Of a stretch of DNA of 58,702 bases, positions 48,143 through 57,796 are shown one piece after another. Under the pieces are notes generated by a model. That model saw only the letters and a list, made by a program, of their open reading frames with translations, did not search any database and had not been told where the DNA came from. Source of the DNA: a virus. Taxonomy: Duplodnaviria; Caudoviricetes. Every line of letters begins with the position of its first letter. The stretch's first letter is position 1. Location: positions 1-58,702 of IMG/VR virus record IMGVR_UViG_3300032243_001266; one strand, given 5' to 3'. The position numbers and the translations under genes were made by a program.

Positions 48143-49555
48143 TTAATTTTTTTTATTTTCTAAATTATTTATAGCATCTATTACTTGTTCTGTTTCTGCT
48201 ATGCAGCACGGCGGCTTTTCTTTATCAATTCTACATTCCATACCTCTTACCGTACCAGAGTTTTCATGATAGCAATGTTGATATATGCAAGGTTGCTGTA
48301 TGACTTCAAGACCATTCATATCCGGATGAACATATTCTGGATTTACGCTGCCGAAAAAACCAACGCATGGTTTATTGTAAGCCATTGCTATATTTAATGG
48401 ACCACTATCAATACCCAAAAATATATCACATCCAGCTATTACAAATTTAAGAAAAGCAAGTGACGAGGCATTTATTTCTATTCCAACTGATTCGTGCCTT
48501 TCTTTGCCTATTTGAAATACCGTATATCCGTAAGCTTCTAAATGTTTTTTTACCGCCTTCCAATTTACATTGTAAACATTTCTGTAAGGCATATCCTTAT
48601 TGTCAATATGCAATATTGCATACTTTTTAAACAGCTTTGTTTTTTCATTTACAAATGGATATATTATTGGCCTTGAAAGTTTATAGTCCTTTATGCCACA
48701 AAACTCAAAATAACTTTTAAGTCTGTTTTGCCTTGGTTTTACTTCATAAGCAAAATCTAAGTTTATTACTTTTTCGGGCGTTATTCTACTTGCGTCAAAT
48801 TGAGAAATGTGTTTTATTGGGAAATAATGATGTGTAAACAATTCAAAAATATCAACTGGCGTATCTAATACAACATTATATCCTTTGTGCGCATAATATC
48901 TCATAATAGGCTCTACCAAAAGCACATCTCCTATTGCTGCCGTTCTTTTTATTACTACTGTTGGCTGATATGGTGCATGAAAATTACCATGAAATCCAAA
49001 TGTCTTTTGATTTGGCTCCCTCAATTCATATGCAAAAGATTCGGCAAGATTTTGTGGAGCAAATTTAATTCCATAGGTTTCCTCCAAATATGGGCGATAG
49101 GTTCTGCAAATAGTATCATCTTCTGGATGAAGCGCCGAAACAAAATCATCGTTTGCTAAAATATCTAATAAAATCTTTGACCTTAAACTAAAGCCGCCAT
49201 TACCTACATTACGCCCATCTGAATATAACCACGGCGAACCAATATAATCATATTCAAGAAACTCTTCTTTCCAAGACGTTTCATCTAAGATATATCCATC
49301 CCATTGAACCAACAAACAATGAGTTGTATCAACATACTTACTTAGTTCTTTTATACAAAAATGGCTATACTCTTCTTTTGATTTTATAGAAGGAATAATT
49401 ACAGCTTCAACACCATCAACCTCAATTTCTATATCGGTTAAAAATAATGTTCTGCTTGGGCTTACTTTTTCTTTGCATTTTTGCAATGCAGATATAGCCT
49501 TTCCGTAATTGTAACAATCAATACAAACTATCGTCAGCTCTTTTATATGCTTCAT
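48143..49555 (-). CDS. DUF5672-like domain fused to GT9-like (GT-B) glycosyltransferase
   Basis: N-half QWDGY...YDYIGSPW...VGNGGFSLRS...PED; C-half RTAAIGDVLL...FLGIDSGPLNIA...FFGSVNP. Confidence 0.85.
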   Translation of the reverse strand: MKHIKELTIVCIDCYNYGKAISALQKCKEKVSPSRTLFLTDIEIEVDGVEAVIIPSIKSKEEYSHFCIKELSKYVDTTHCLLVQWDGYILDETSWKEEFLEYDYIGSPWLYSDGRNVGNGGFSLRSKILLDILANDDFVSALHPEDDTICRTYRPYLEETYGIKFAPQNLAESFAYELREPNQKTFGFHGNFHAPYQPTVVIKRTAAIGDVLLVEPIMRYYAHKGYNVVLDTPVDIFELFTHHYFPIKHISQFDASRITPEKVINLDFAYEVKPRQNRLKSYFEFCGIKDYKLSRPIIYPFVNEKTKLFKKYAILHIDNKDMPYRNVYNVNWKAVKKHLEAYGYTVFQIGKERHESVGIEINASSLAFLKFVIAGCDIFLGIDSGPLNIAMAYNKPCVGFFGSVNPEYVHPDMNGLEVIQQPCIYQHCYHENSGTVRGMECRIDKEKPPCCIAETEQVIDAINNLENKKN

Positions 49556-49748
49556 CTTTTTTTATTTTATATGTGCCGTTATTCCAAATTCTTATTTGAT
49601 CAGTAGTAAAATGCTTAACAACGCCGCCATTTTCAAGAATAACGGTCACTTCATCATTTTCCAAAAACCCATTTGACTTTATGTACCATACAATTCCATC
49701 GCCCAATGGCGTTGTGCAAGGCGTTGGGTGTGATGGTTCGTATATCAT
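49518..49748 (-). CDS. small phage protein, function unknown
   Basis: 76 aa, TPLGDG...END...VKHF. Confidence 0.65.
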   Translation of the reverse strand: MIYEPSHPTPCTTPLGDGIVWYIKSNGFLENDEVTVILENGGVVKHFTTDQIRIWNNGTYKIKKDEAYKRADDSLY

Positions 49749-50545
49749 TTATTAAAGTGTTTATGAGTAAAATATTCTAAAGCTGTTTGATGATAAAAAG
49801 CATATCCATTAGCTCCGGTAGGAAATGTATTGGGAAATTGTGTACACAACTCAAGTATTCTTGGCAACTTCATTGCATCTGCTAAGTGCCATAAAAAACT
49901 TTGATTATAAATGCCAATTTTGTAACACTTCATCATCATAGCTAATTCCAAAAAATCTTTTGATTCAAGATGCTGAACGTTTAAATCAAATGTTTTTTCA
50001 AACAATTCTTTTTCATTTTTAGTTCCTGCAAAAACAATATTATCATCATACTTTTTTAAGAAGAAATAATTAACGTAAGCGTTGTTATATCTTTCTGTTC
50101 TATTGACAAGTATTTTTTCTCTTTGAACATTTATTGTAGGAACTTCTATCCACGGCTTAGATAAATCGCAACTCATTTCTGGAAATATAGAAAATGCGTA
50201 ATGATGAATAAGTCCTGCCGGCATTGGTATCATTCGGCTATCACGAGTAATATCTATATTAAAATCTATTTCTTGTCCTCTAAAAATTTCAAAACTTTCA
50301 ATATATTCTTGATATTCTATAAGTGGTTTTAGCCTATTAAACATTTCTTGATTCATGCAAACTTGTTGCCCTTGTTCATCTTTTACAGGGCTTACGGCGC
50401 CATTATAGTAAAAAGCTGGCAAATCTAAAACTTGACAAATGGTTACTTTTTTTCCAAATGACTTCCATAATTGTTTAAGACCAGGAAGCAATAAAATCAA
50501 ATCGCCCGCATTATAGCTATGTTTTATCGTAATAGTATTACCCAT
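49745..50545 (-). CDS. GT-B-fold (GT9-related) glycosyltransferase-like protein
   Basis: HSYNAGDLILLLP N-terminal motif, PWI, YNQS...LADAMK; start refined to ATG 50545. Confidence 0.6.
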   Translation of the reverse strand: MGNTITIKHSYNAGDLILLLPGLKQLWKSFGKKVTICQVLDLPAFYYNGAVSPVKDEQGQQVCMNQEMFNRLKPLIEYQEYIESFEIFRGQEIDFNIDITRDSRMIPMPAGLIHHYAFSIFPEMSCDLSKPWIEVPTINVQREKILVNRTERYNNAYVNYFFLKKYDDNIVFAGTKNEKELFEKTFDLNVQHLESKDFLELAMMMKCYKIGIYNQSFLWHLADAMKLPRILELCTQFPNTFPTGANGYAFYHQTALEYFTHKHFNK

Positions 50546-50613
50546 AATCATTTGCAAATAAAACACTATTTTTACATTCTAACAATCATTCTTTCACAAA
50601 AAAATTATTTTTT

Positions 50614-50853
50614 ATGGCACAAGCGATGTTCGCCGTTTCTATTTACGGTGCAAATCAAAACGATTGGAACAACAACAATGGAGTAACCTTAGGTTTCTCT
50701 CCAACTCAAGTTGTTCTTAGATCTTTGCCTGCTGGAACAAAGTATTCTGGTGTTACTTGTAACGCTCAGATTCAATTGTTACCAACTGCGCCAAGCCCAA
50801 TCCAACCGGTTTATTACACCGATAAAACGGTTGCTCAAATCATTGCTCTGTAA
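50614..50853 (+). CDS. small stand-alone protein, possible capsid decoration
   Basis: 79 aa, MCP-like codon usage, own terminator. Confidence 0.7.
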   Translation: MAQAMFAVSIYGANQNDWNNNNGVTLGFSPTQVVLRSLPAGTKYSGVTCNAQIQLLPTAPSPIQPVYYTDKTVAQIIAL

Positions 50854-50871
50854 CACAGAGTTAGATTTTGG

Positions 50872-50898
50872 AAAGCCCACCCAAAAGGTGGGTTTTTT
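50872..50898 (+). terminator. intrinsic (probably bidirectional) terminator
   Basis: AAAGCCCACC-CAAAA-GGTGGGTTTTTT between convergent genes. Confidence 0.8.
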
Positions 50899-51142
50899 AA
50901 TTTTCTCTTGACCAAAAATCTTCAAATACTTGCCACTCTCTATTTCTTATCATTAAAGGATAGCTATTTAATGGGCATTCTTTTGGAGTTATTGGATTTT
51001 CGTTTTCATCAATTTTAATAAATAAATCATCTTCAAAAAATTCTGGATGACCACAATAATGCACTAATCCTAATTCTATTTTATATAATGGGCAATATTC
51101 GCAACCGGTTACTGTTAATTCCATTTTAGAATTTTTTTTCAT
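50897..51142 (-). CDS. small Cys-containing protein
   Basis: CEYCP...YCGHP...PKECPL, possible Zn binding. Confidence 0.65.
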   Translation of the reverse strand: MKKNSKMELTVTGCEYCPLYKIELGLVHYCGHPEFFEDDLFIKIDENENPITPKECPLNSYPLMIRNREWQVFEDFWSREN

Positions 51143-51150
51143 TAGAAAAA

Positions 51151-52017
51151 TTAATTAATAAATCCTAAAAAGTAATCACCAAATTTTATTTTTAAAAGAC
51201 TTCTCAACTTTTTTTCATCTTTTAATATTTCTTGAGCATATTTTGCAACTGCATATTCTTTCCATTCAGATGAATTCAATTTTTTAAAATATCTTCCATA
51301 CATATACCCAATAATAGATCCAGAACCATATCCATTGTAACAATAAATAGCGATAGGAGCCTCGTAAGGCTTTTTTTGTATTGTTGTATCTCTTTTTACA
51401 AAATATCTTTTTGCTGTATCTAATTTTTCAATATTAGGCACTATATGAAGAATCTTATTCCGTAAAATTAATTCTTCTTCAGTCAATAAAGTGTATGGTT
51501 TAATTACTACTGGAACATAAAGTGGTATTTGAACAAGATCACCAAAATAAACACTTGAAGAATCTCTATTTTCGTAAACATTTAAAATTACCGGAGCAAT
51601 ACGATTATCATAAATTGGGAATGGCGCATCTGCATTTACAATTTGATTTTCAAGTTCACGCTGATAGAATCTATTATCATCAACAACATTGTAATAATTT
51701 TTATAAGCAATATCCTTATAATTTGGATTATCGGAAAGAACCTTTAATGTTCTACGGAGGACAAAAAACATCCTTCTTGCATCTTCAAGTTTATCAAAAA
51801 TTTCTTTTCTTTCACGAATTGTAATTAATTCAATAGAATTAACCAATGTATAAGATTTGTTTTTATCATAAAATTCAACAACAACGATTGCATTGTTGTA
51901 AATAACCAACGAATCTTGTTCAGTAGGACAATCGCATTTTGCACCATAAATATCTTTACATTGACTGATTACTATTTTATTAATTAGCAAAAAAATAAAC
52001 GTCAATATTTTTCGCAT
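51151..52017 (-). CDS. putative exported protein
   Basis: MRKILTFIFLLINKIVIS|Q signal-like N-terminus; DSL, DSS, DTA, DTT sequons. Confidence 0.65.
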   Translation of the reverse strand: MRKILTFIFLLINKIVISQCKDIYGAKCDCPTEQDSLVIYNNAIVVVEFYDKNKSYTLVNSIELITIRERKEIFDKLEDARRMFFVLRRTLKVLSDNPNYKDIAYKNYYNVVDDNRFYQRELENQIVNADAPFPIYDNRIAPVILNVYENRDSSSVYFGDLVQIPLYVPVVIKPYTLLTEEELILRNKILHIVPNIEKLDTAKRYFVKRDTTIQKKPYEAPIAIYCYNGYGSGSIIGYMYGRYFKKLNSSEWKEYAVAKYAQEILKDEKKLRSLLKIKFGDYFLGFIN

Positions 52018-52079
52018 AATTTAAATACTGCATTTTAAATCCAATTTAATTAATGGATATTTTGCAATAACAAATTACA

Positions 52080-52376
52080 TTAAAAAAGCTCAAGAGCAAT
52101 AGGTTCTTTTTTAATTAACATATAAACATACGCATTACGTCCATACTTAGTTTTGCGTTTTTCACCGGGTTTGAAAATGACTTGATTTCTTTCTAATTCA
52201 GCTAATCTTCTTGATGCTCTATTTTTATCATCCCAATCTAAAAAATTAGCAATCTCTTCATAAGTTGCTCTTTTTAAAATCTTTAATGCGTCAATAATTT
52301 GATGATGATGTTTAGAAAGAACTTCTTCTGTCATCATTTTATGCGCATCATGTGATGTTTCTGGATTTGATCTCAT
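52080..52376 (-). CDS. winged HTH DNA-binding protein
   Basis: ATYEEIA...RASRRLAELER...GEKRKTKYGRNAYVY. Confidence 0.75.
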   Translation of the reverse strand: MRSNPETSHDAHKMMTEEVLSKHHHQIIDALKILKRATYEEIANFLDWDDKNRASRRLAELERNQVIFKPGEKRKTKYGRNAYVYMLIKKEPIALELF

Positions 52377-52408
52377 AATAGTAGTGTATTTAGGATTAAT
52401 GTCTAAAG

Positions 52409-52478
52409 CAAATCTACGAACATTATTTTATTTTTAGCAAAAAAATATTTTTTTATTTTCTGAATAAGTTTACATTTG
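52409..52478. promoter_or_regulatory. divergent promoter pair
   Basis: TAGATTTG on - strand (52409-52416) and TACATTTG on + strand (52471-52478) between two HTH genes. Confidence 0.6.
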
Positions 52479-52495
52479 TGAAAAATGAAAAGAAT

Positions 52496-52693
52496 ATGGA
52501 ACAAGAAAAAGTAAAATTATCAATTCCGGAGCAAGTCAAATTGGCTCTTGATGGTAGAACACAAAGATGGTTGTCATTTGAGATAAGATTACCAGAGCAG
52601 GAACTATCACAAAAAATGAAAGGTACTACTCAATTTACACAAGACGAGTTAGATAAAATAAGCAATCGCTTAAATTTTAAATTTGAAATATAA
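52496..52693 (+). CDS. Cro/XRE-like HTH protein
   Basis: GRTQRWLSFEIRLPEQELSQKMKG...FTQDELDKI; start refined to ATG 52496, downstream of promoter. Confidence 0.75.
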   Translation: MEQEKVKLSIPEQVKLALDGRTQRWLSFEIRLPEQELSQKMKGTTQFTQDELDKISNRLNFKFEI

Positions 52694-53217
52694 TGGCAAA
52701 ACGTCTTACTGACACGGAGAAGTGGAATGACGATTGGTATATATCATTAAGCAATGATTACCGAATCATTTGGCAATGGTTATTGGATAATTGCAACCAC
52801 GCAGGAATATGCAAAAGAAGCATTAGACTATTGAATTTAATGTGCAATACTGATATTTCAGAAAAAGAATTAATAAGCCAAATGGATGGAAGGATTGTTG
52901 TGAAAGAAAATAACTGGTTCATTCCCAAGTTTTTAAAATTCCAATACACTTCGCTTAATAGCAATCGGCCAGTAATTATTTCGGTTGTGAAAGAGTTAGA
53001 AAAAAATAATCTTTTATCAATGATTCCAGAATCATTTGGGAATGATTACTTAATCATTAAGGATAAGGATAAGGATAAGGATAAGGATATGTCTTACTCA
53101 AAAAAAGAAAAAAATGCAAAATTTAGCGGAAATTTTAAAGCACAATCAGAAGAGTTATTTGCTCAAAGATTTGCAAGACATCACACAAATGACTCTGGCG
53201 GAAAAAATGATTTGTAA
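52693..53217 (+). CDS. replication initiator / replisome organizer-like protein
   Basis: MAKRLTDTEKWNDDW...WLLDNCNHAGI N-terminus and KDKDKDKDKD linker; upstream of primase-helicase. Confidence 0.6.
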   Translation: MAKRLTDTEKWNDDWYISLSNDYRIIWQWLLDNCNHAGICKRSIRLLNLMCNTDISEKELISQMDGRIVVKENNWFIPKFLKFQYTSLNSNRPVIISVVKELEKNNLLSMIPESFGNDYLIIKDKDKDKDKDMSYSKKEKNAKFSGNFKAQSEELFAQRFARHHTNDSGGKNDL

Positions 53218-53587
53218 GGCACGGCAAATTGGATTTTCATTTTCTCAACTGGATGATGATGACAAAAGAATTGCGGTTGATCAGATTATGATTCGGGCGG
53301 CGGCTATTTGTGGGTGCGTTTTGCCAACTACCGAATTTTTTGCTACTTTCATAGCCGAAGAAATCTCAATATTCATCCTTGAGTTTGGTTATGAAGAACT
53401 TACTCTTGAAGAAATTCTACTTTCATTTCGCCTAAATGCAAAAGATAATGCAGATATAGACTATGTTTCCTTTGTTGGGAACTGCATAAACGTTGACTAT
53501 GTAGCAAAGGTTTTAGGCCGATATAACATCCAAAGAAAACTTTTAGACAGAAAATTTCAAAACAAAATTGATGGTTATGAACTTTGA
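53114..53587 (+). CDS. replication-module hypothetical protein
   Basis: 157 aa helical, between initiator-like and primase-helicase genes. Confidence 0.6.
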   Translation: MQNLAEILKHNQKSYLLKDLQDITQMTLAEKMICKARQIGFSFSQLDDDDKRIAVDQIMIRAAAICGCVLPTTEFFATFIAEEISIFILEFGYEELTLEEILLSFRLNAKDNADIDYVSFVGNCINVDYVAKVLGRYNIQRKLLDRKFQNKIDGYEL

Positions 53588-55637
53588 AGATTTGCACGAA
53601 ATAGAAGGCTTGCAGTTTATTCCGGTTAATGCGCAAAAACAACCAATTGTAAAAGATTGGCAAAACTCAGTCAAAAAGTATGACTTGAGCAACTGCGTGG
53701 CTGTTGGATTGGTTTGCGGAAAGCCATCTGGGAATGTTGAAGTGATAGACATTGACCAGAAATATAGCTTGGATGGGAAGCTTTTTGAGAACTATAAACG
53801 CCTTATCCATGAGTTAGATGATAGTCTTTTGCAAAAACTTGTGGTCCAAAAGACCAAAAACGGCGGATATCACTTCATTTACCGTTGTTCTGCCATAGGC
53901 GGCAACACAAAGCTTGCAAATAGATCCACAACTGATGCCGAAAAAGATGAAACTTACCAAAAAACTTACGAATCTGAGGTAAGCAAGGGGAAAGATGACG
54001 CTGAGGCTCGCAGAGTTGCCGAAAAATCAAAGATAAACGATAAAGTAAGGGTTCTTATAGAGACGAGGGGGATAGGCGGTCAAATCGTCTGTAATCCATC
54101 CGTAGGATATGAGATGATTTATGGCGATTTGTATGGAATTAATGATATAACTCCAGATGAGAGAGATATTTTATTTGGAATTGCCCGACAGTTCAATGAG
54201 GTTATGGAAGAATATGCGCTTCCGGCTAAAAGTTCTGCGATTAAAAAAACAAAAGGTCTTTCTGCCTTTGATGATTATAACAAAAGAGGTGATGTGATAG
54301 GACTTTTACAGAATCATGGATGGAAATTTGTGAAAAGACAAGGTCCAAAGACAATATTTTTAAGACCAGGGCAGACATCATCGGTATCTTCTGGAAATTT
54401 TGATGAAAATAGAAATTGGTTCACGGTTTTTACCACGAGTAGCGAATTTGAACCCGAAAAAGCTTATTTGCCATACGCGGTTTTTGCCATTTTGGAATGC
54501 AATAAAGACTTTGTAGAAGCAAGTAGAAGGCTTTATGATATGGGCTATGGTGATAAAGACGAGCCTAAGAAGGAAACACCAAGCACAAGAGTAATTACTT
54601 CTCGTGTTGATGTGAATGACAATGATTTTTCGTTTTTAGCCAAGCCACAAGATTACGATGATTATCTACAATCGGTTAGAGATGGCACTTTGAAGATGGG
54701 TTTGACAACCGGTAGTCCATCTTTGGATAAACATTTTTTATTTAAGGAAGGGAACTTGGTTATGACCAATGGTATTGATAACACCGGTAAATCAGTTTTT
54801 ACTTGGTATTTGTGCCTGCTTGCCGCTATGTACCACGGGTGGAACGGCATCATATTCTCAAGCGAAAATACCCTTGGCGCATTTATGAGAAAGATGATAC
54901 AGTTCTATTGGGGCAAGCCGCTTGTAGGTCCGAATGCAATGAACGAAACCGAGTATAATATTGCTAAGGCTTTCGTAGAAAAACATTTCTCAATGATTAA
55001 AGCTCAAGAAGATTTGTTTAACTACAAGGATATCATCAATATGGTTAAGAAAGCAAGCAAGGTTAAAAAATACCATTACGGAATGATTGACCCATACAAC
55101 TCGTTAAAGATAGATCTTAGCGGATTCAGCAAATTGAACACCCACGAGTATCACTATGAGGCATTGAGCGAAATAAAAGCTTTTGGCCAGCAGAATAATT
55201 TTGGTTGGTTTGTAAATCACCACGCAGTAACGGCTGCCGCAAGAACTAAGGACGGAGAAAAAAAGTATCAAGCCGCTCCAAATAAAGCAGACACCGAAGG
55301 AGGCCAAAAAGTTGCAAACAAGGCTGATGATTTTTTAACTATTCATAGAATTACACAGCACCCAACAGATTGGATGGTTACCGAACTCCATGTTAGAAAG
55401 ATAAAAGATACCGAAACCGGCGGTAGACCAACATCACTTGATTTTCCAGTTAAGTTTGAGATGTATCGCGGAGGTTGTGCTTTTATTGAAAGACTTGAAG
55501 AAGGAGGACAACCTATTGATCCTGTACATTCTTGGCATATCAAAAGAGAAAGTGTACAATCCAAAATAATAATAGAAGATAAACCTAAAGAATCTTCAAC
55601 GGCTTGGAAACCATATAAAGATGATATTTCATTTTAA
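53577..55637 (+). CDS. bifunctional Prim-Pol (AEP) primase fused to SF4/DnaB-like helicase
   Basis: GLVCG...VIDID, TKNGGYH, IETRG; Walker A GIDNTGKS, MIDPYN, NKADDFLTIHR, KIKD. Confidence 0.88.
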   Translation: MNFEDLHEIEGLQFIPVNAQKQPIVKDWQNSVKKYDLSNCVAVGLVCGKPSGNVEVIDIDQKYSLDGKLFENYKRLIHELDDSLLQKLVVQKTKNGGYHFIYRCSAIGGNTKLANRSTTDAEKDETYQKTYESEVSKGKDDAEARRVAEKSKINDKVRVLIETRGIGGQIVCNPSVGYEMIYGDLYGINDITPDERDILFGIARQFNEVMEEYALPAKSSAIKKTKGLSAFDDYNKRGDVIGLLQNHGWKFVKRQGPKTIFLRPGQTSSVSSGNFDENRNWFTVFTTSSEFEPEKAYLPYAVFAILECNKDFVEASRRLYDMGYGDKDEPKKETPSTRVITSRVDVNDNDFSFLAKPQDYDDYLQSVRDGTLKMGLTTGSPSLDKHFLFKEGNLVMTNGIDNTGKSVFTWYLCLLAAMYHGWNGIIFSSENTLGAFMRKMIQFYWGKPLVGPNAMNETEYNIAKAFVEKHFSMIKAQEDLFNYKDIINMVKKASKVKKYHYGMIDPYNSLKIDLSGFSKLNTHEYHYEALSEIKAFGQQNNFGWFVNHHAVTAAARTKDGEKKYQAAPNKADTEGGQKVANKADDFLTIHRITQHPTDWMVTELHVRKIKDTETGGRPTSLDFPVKFEMYRGGCAFIERLEEGGQPIDPVHSWHIKRESVQSKIIIEDKPKESSTAWKPYKDDISF

Positions 55638-55647
55638 AATTTAAAAC

Positions 55648-55845
55648 ATGATTTGTAAAAAATTTTCTGACATGACACCAGTTGAAAAAGTTTTATTCAT
55701 TGGAGAGCTTACGCACGCTTGTATGAGCGATGATGATTTGCATGAAATGGGTGAATCTCTAATAGAATTAGCCAAATCTAAAGGTCTTTTTGACAACGTA
55801 AAAATTAATCCACCAAAAAGTATAGAAGATGATTCCAAGGACTAA
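55648..55845 (+). CDS. hypothetical protein
   Basis: 65-aa ORF in replication operon. Confidence 0.6.
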   Translation: MICKKFSDMTPVEKVLFIGELTHACMSDDDLHEMGESLIELAKSKGLFDNVKINPPKSIEDDSKD

Positions 55846-56425
55846 GCAAGGCGATTGTAGCGACCCAGTATGTGGAGCCAAAAACACCGCAGTAGTTAAG
55901 GTTGGTAAAGAACTTTTTTGCGTTAAATGTAGGCAAAAACAGAAAGCAAATAAGCAAATAAGCCAATCGCAGAAAAAGGCTTTTTCAAGAAAAATATATA
56001 AGGCTTCTAATACAATACAAAATAGCGAAGAAAAAGAACGAGCCTATTTAATCATGGACCTTGATGATGTAGTAAGCAAATACGTTAGAATTAAAAATGC
56101 AAATGCAGAAGGAATAGTAACTTGTTTTACTTGCGAGAAAATAGGGGATTGGACTACATTTGATTGTGGTCATTATATCAGCCGTTCTTTTATGAAACTA
56201 AGATGGGATTTGAGGAACTTAAACCCCCAATGCGTAAATTGTAATAGACATCTTGATGGGAATCTTGATGCGTATGCTGAAGCAATAAATTCTGCTAATC
56301 CAGGGTTAATAGAAAATTTAATAGAAGAATCAAGGGCGCCTTATAAATGGACAAGGCAAGATCTTAAAGAAATGCTCATTGATTATAGACACAAATTGAA
56401 TATGGCAAAACTTAAGTTTAAATGA
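55829..56425 (+). CDS. NinG/Rap-like HNH recombination endonuclease
   Basis: CFTC...DCGHYISR...LRWDLRNLNPQCVNCN. Confidence 0.85.
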   Translation: MIPRTKQGDCSDPVCGAKNTAVVKVGKELFCVKCRQKQKANKQISQSQKKAFSRKIYKASNTIQNSEEKERAYLIMDLDDVVSKYVRIKNANAEGIVTCFTCEKIGDWTTFDCGHYISRSFMKLRWDLRNLNPQCVNCNRHLDGNLDAYAEAINSANPGLIENLIEESRAPYKWTRQDLKEMLIDYRHKLNMAKLKFK

Positions 56426-56494
56426 AAAAAAGAGATTTTTACATTATTGTTTTAACCTATACTATTGTGGTAGGAATAGCCCTTGCAATAATGC

Positions 56495-56752
56495 TTAATA
56501 TTCTAATCCTTTTATTGAGCCTTTAAACAAAACTTTTTTATCGCCATCTTTAATTTTTATAATCTTAAAATATTTTCTTTTTTTTGCTGGTCTATCATGG
56601 GCCATTTTAATCAAAAGCTCAACACAGTTTTCTTCTGATCTTGTGGTTGTTACAAAAAAATATCCAAGATAATTACCAAATCTAAGTTCGTATCTTGTTT
56701 TTTTATTAATATCTATATCTGATATTAAATCGTTTACATCTATCGTTTCCAT
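56495..56752 (-). CDS. hypothetical protein
   Basis: 85-aa ORF in right-end array. Confidence 0.6.
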   Translation of the reverse strand: METIDVNDLISDIDINKKTRYELRFGNYLGYFFVTTTRSEENCVELLIKMAHDRPAKKRKYFKIIKIKDGDKKVLFKGSIKGLEY

Positions 56753-56758
56753 AGATTA

Positions 56759-57106
56759 TTATTCTTTAATAAATTTTATTTCTTCTCCAGATATAATTGC
56801 ATCAACTATATTTTCAATTATACCTAATTGATTTTCGTTAAGATGAATTAATCTATCGCTTATTGCCTCTAATGATATTGATGATAAAAGTTCCTTTTCA
56901 AGAGAAAGTTTATTATCCGGCCCAAGTCTATCTTTTAAATTTGAAATAATCCATTCGCACTTTTGGATGTATTGATTAAACACAGCTTTTATATCTCCTT
57001 GTGTTCCAAATCTAACATCCTCAAAATATTGTTTAGCAATATTTATATGATGTATTCCTTTTGCAAGCGAATATGTATTATCTGTAAATCTTTCTTTTTT
57101 AGACAT
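56759..57106 (-). CDS. hypothetical protein
   Basis: 115-aa helical ORF. Confidence 0.65.
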   Translation of the reverse strand: MSKKERFTDNTYSLAKGIHHINIAKQYFEDVRFGTQGDIKAVFNQYIQKCEWIISNLKDRLGPDNKLSLEKELLSSISLEAISDRLIHLNENQLGIIENIVDAIISGEEIKFIKE

Positions 57107-57136
57107 GGGCCAGCATTGTATTAATTTTTAAATAAT

Positions 57137-57316
57137 TTATTTTTCTTCTTCTAATTCGGCAGCTTTTTCAATAATGTAATTATCAATTTGCTGTTTTGTA
57201 AAAGTGCAACCAATGAGCATTGAATTAAAATAATCATAGAGTTCTGTTAATGTAACATCATCATAATCATTGCTAATTGAAATTGTAACATCGTGCATTT
57301 TGATTTTCATTTCCAT
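57137..57316 (-). CDS. small acidic protein (59 aa, not in ORF track)
   Basis: MEMKIKMHDVTISISNDYDDVTLTELYDYFNSMLIGCTFTKQQIDNYIIEKAAELEEEK. Confidence 0.6.
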   Translation of the reverse strand: MEMKIKMHDVTISISNDYDDVTLTELYDYFNSMLIGCTFTKQQIDNYIIEKAAELEEEK

Positions 57317-57553
57317 TTTTTAATAAATTTTGAAGTGATATAATATAAATAGTCAAATAAAAAAAACCATAAAAAAGCAAAAAAAATCATCCCAATTAAA
57401 ATTAATGTTGCCAAAATAACCCAATAAAAAATCTTTATAATCATTATCTTAATCGTTAAAAATATTATTCAATATATTTCTTATTACAATTTTTAAAAAT
57501 TCCCACAGAAGTATTATTAAAATATATTCCATATATTTATTTGCTATTTTATT

Positions 57554-57796
57554 TTATAGGTTTTCTATTTCTTTTTTTACTTGTTCCCAAAATTCCTTAA
57601 TAGTTAAATATTTATTGCCAATTATTGACTTATTGTCTGGAGCAATATTTATAATTTCATCTACCATTAATAATACAATATCTATAGTCTGATAATGCAC
57701 AGTCATTTCCCATAACATATCGTCTTTATTTGCTTTTTCAGTTAGGGAATCCTTAACCTTAATTAATAATTGATTTGCTTTTTCTTGTGGAGTCAT
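57554..57796 (-). CDS. small phage protein
   Basis: MTPQEKA...VDEII...FWEQVKKEIENL. Confidence 0.7.
   Translation of the reverse strand: MTPQEKANQLLIKVKDSLTEKANKDDMLWEMTVHYQTIDIVLLMVDEIINIAPDNKSIIGNKYLTIKEFWEQVKKEIENL

Noticed and set aside
50711-50911. Programmed frameshift extending the 79-aa gene into the overlapping frame
   Set aside because: No slippery site seen and the alternative frame runs through the terminator.
53058-53088. (AAGGAT)n tandem repeat as a phase-variable or iteron element
   Set aside because: In-frame hexamer encoding the KDKDKD linker common in phage replication proteins; slippage would not shift frame.
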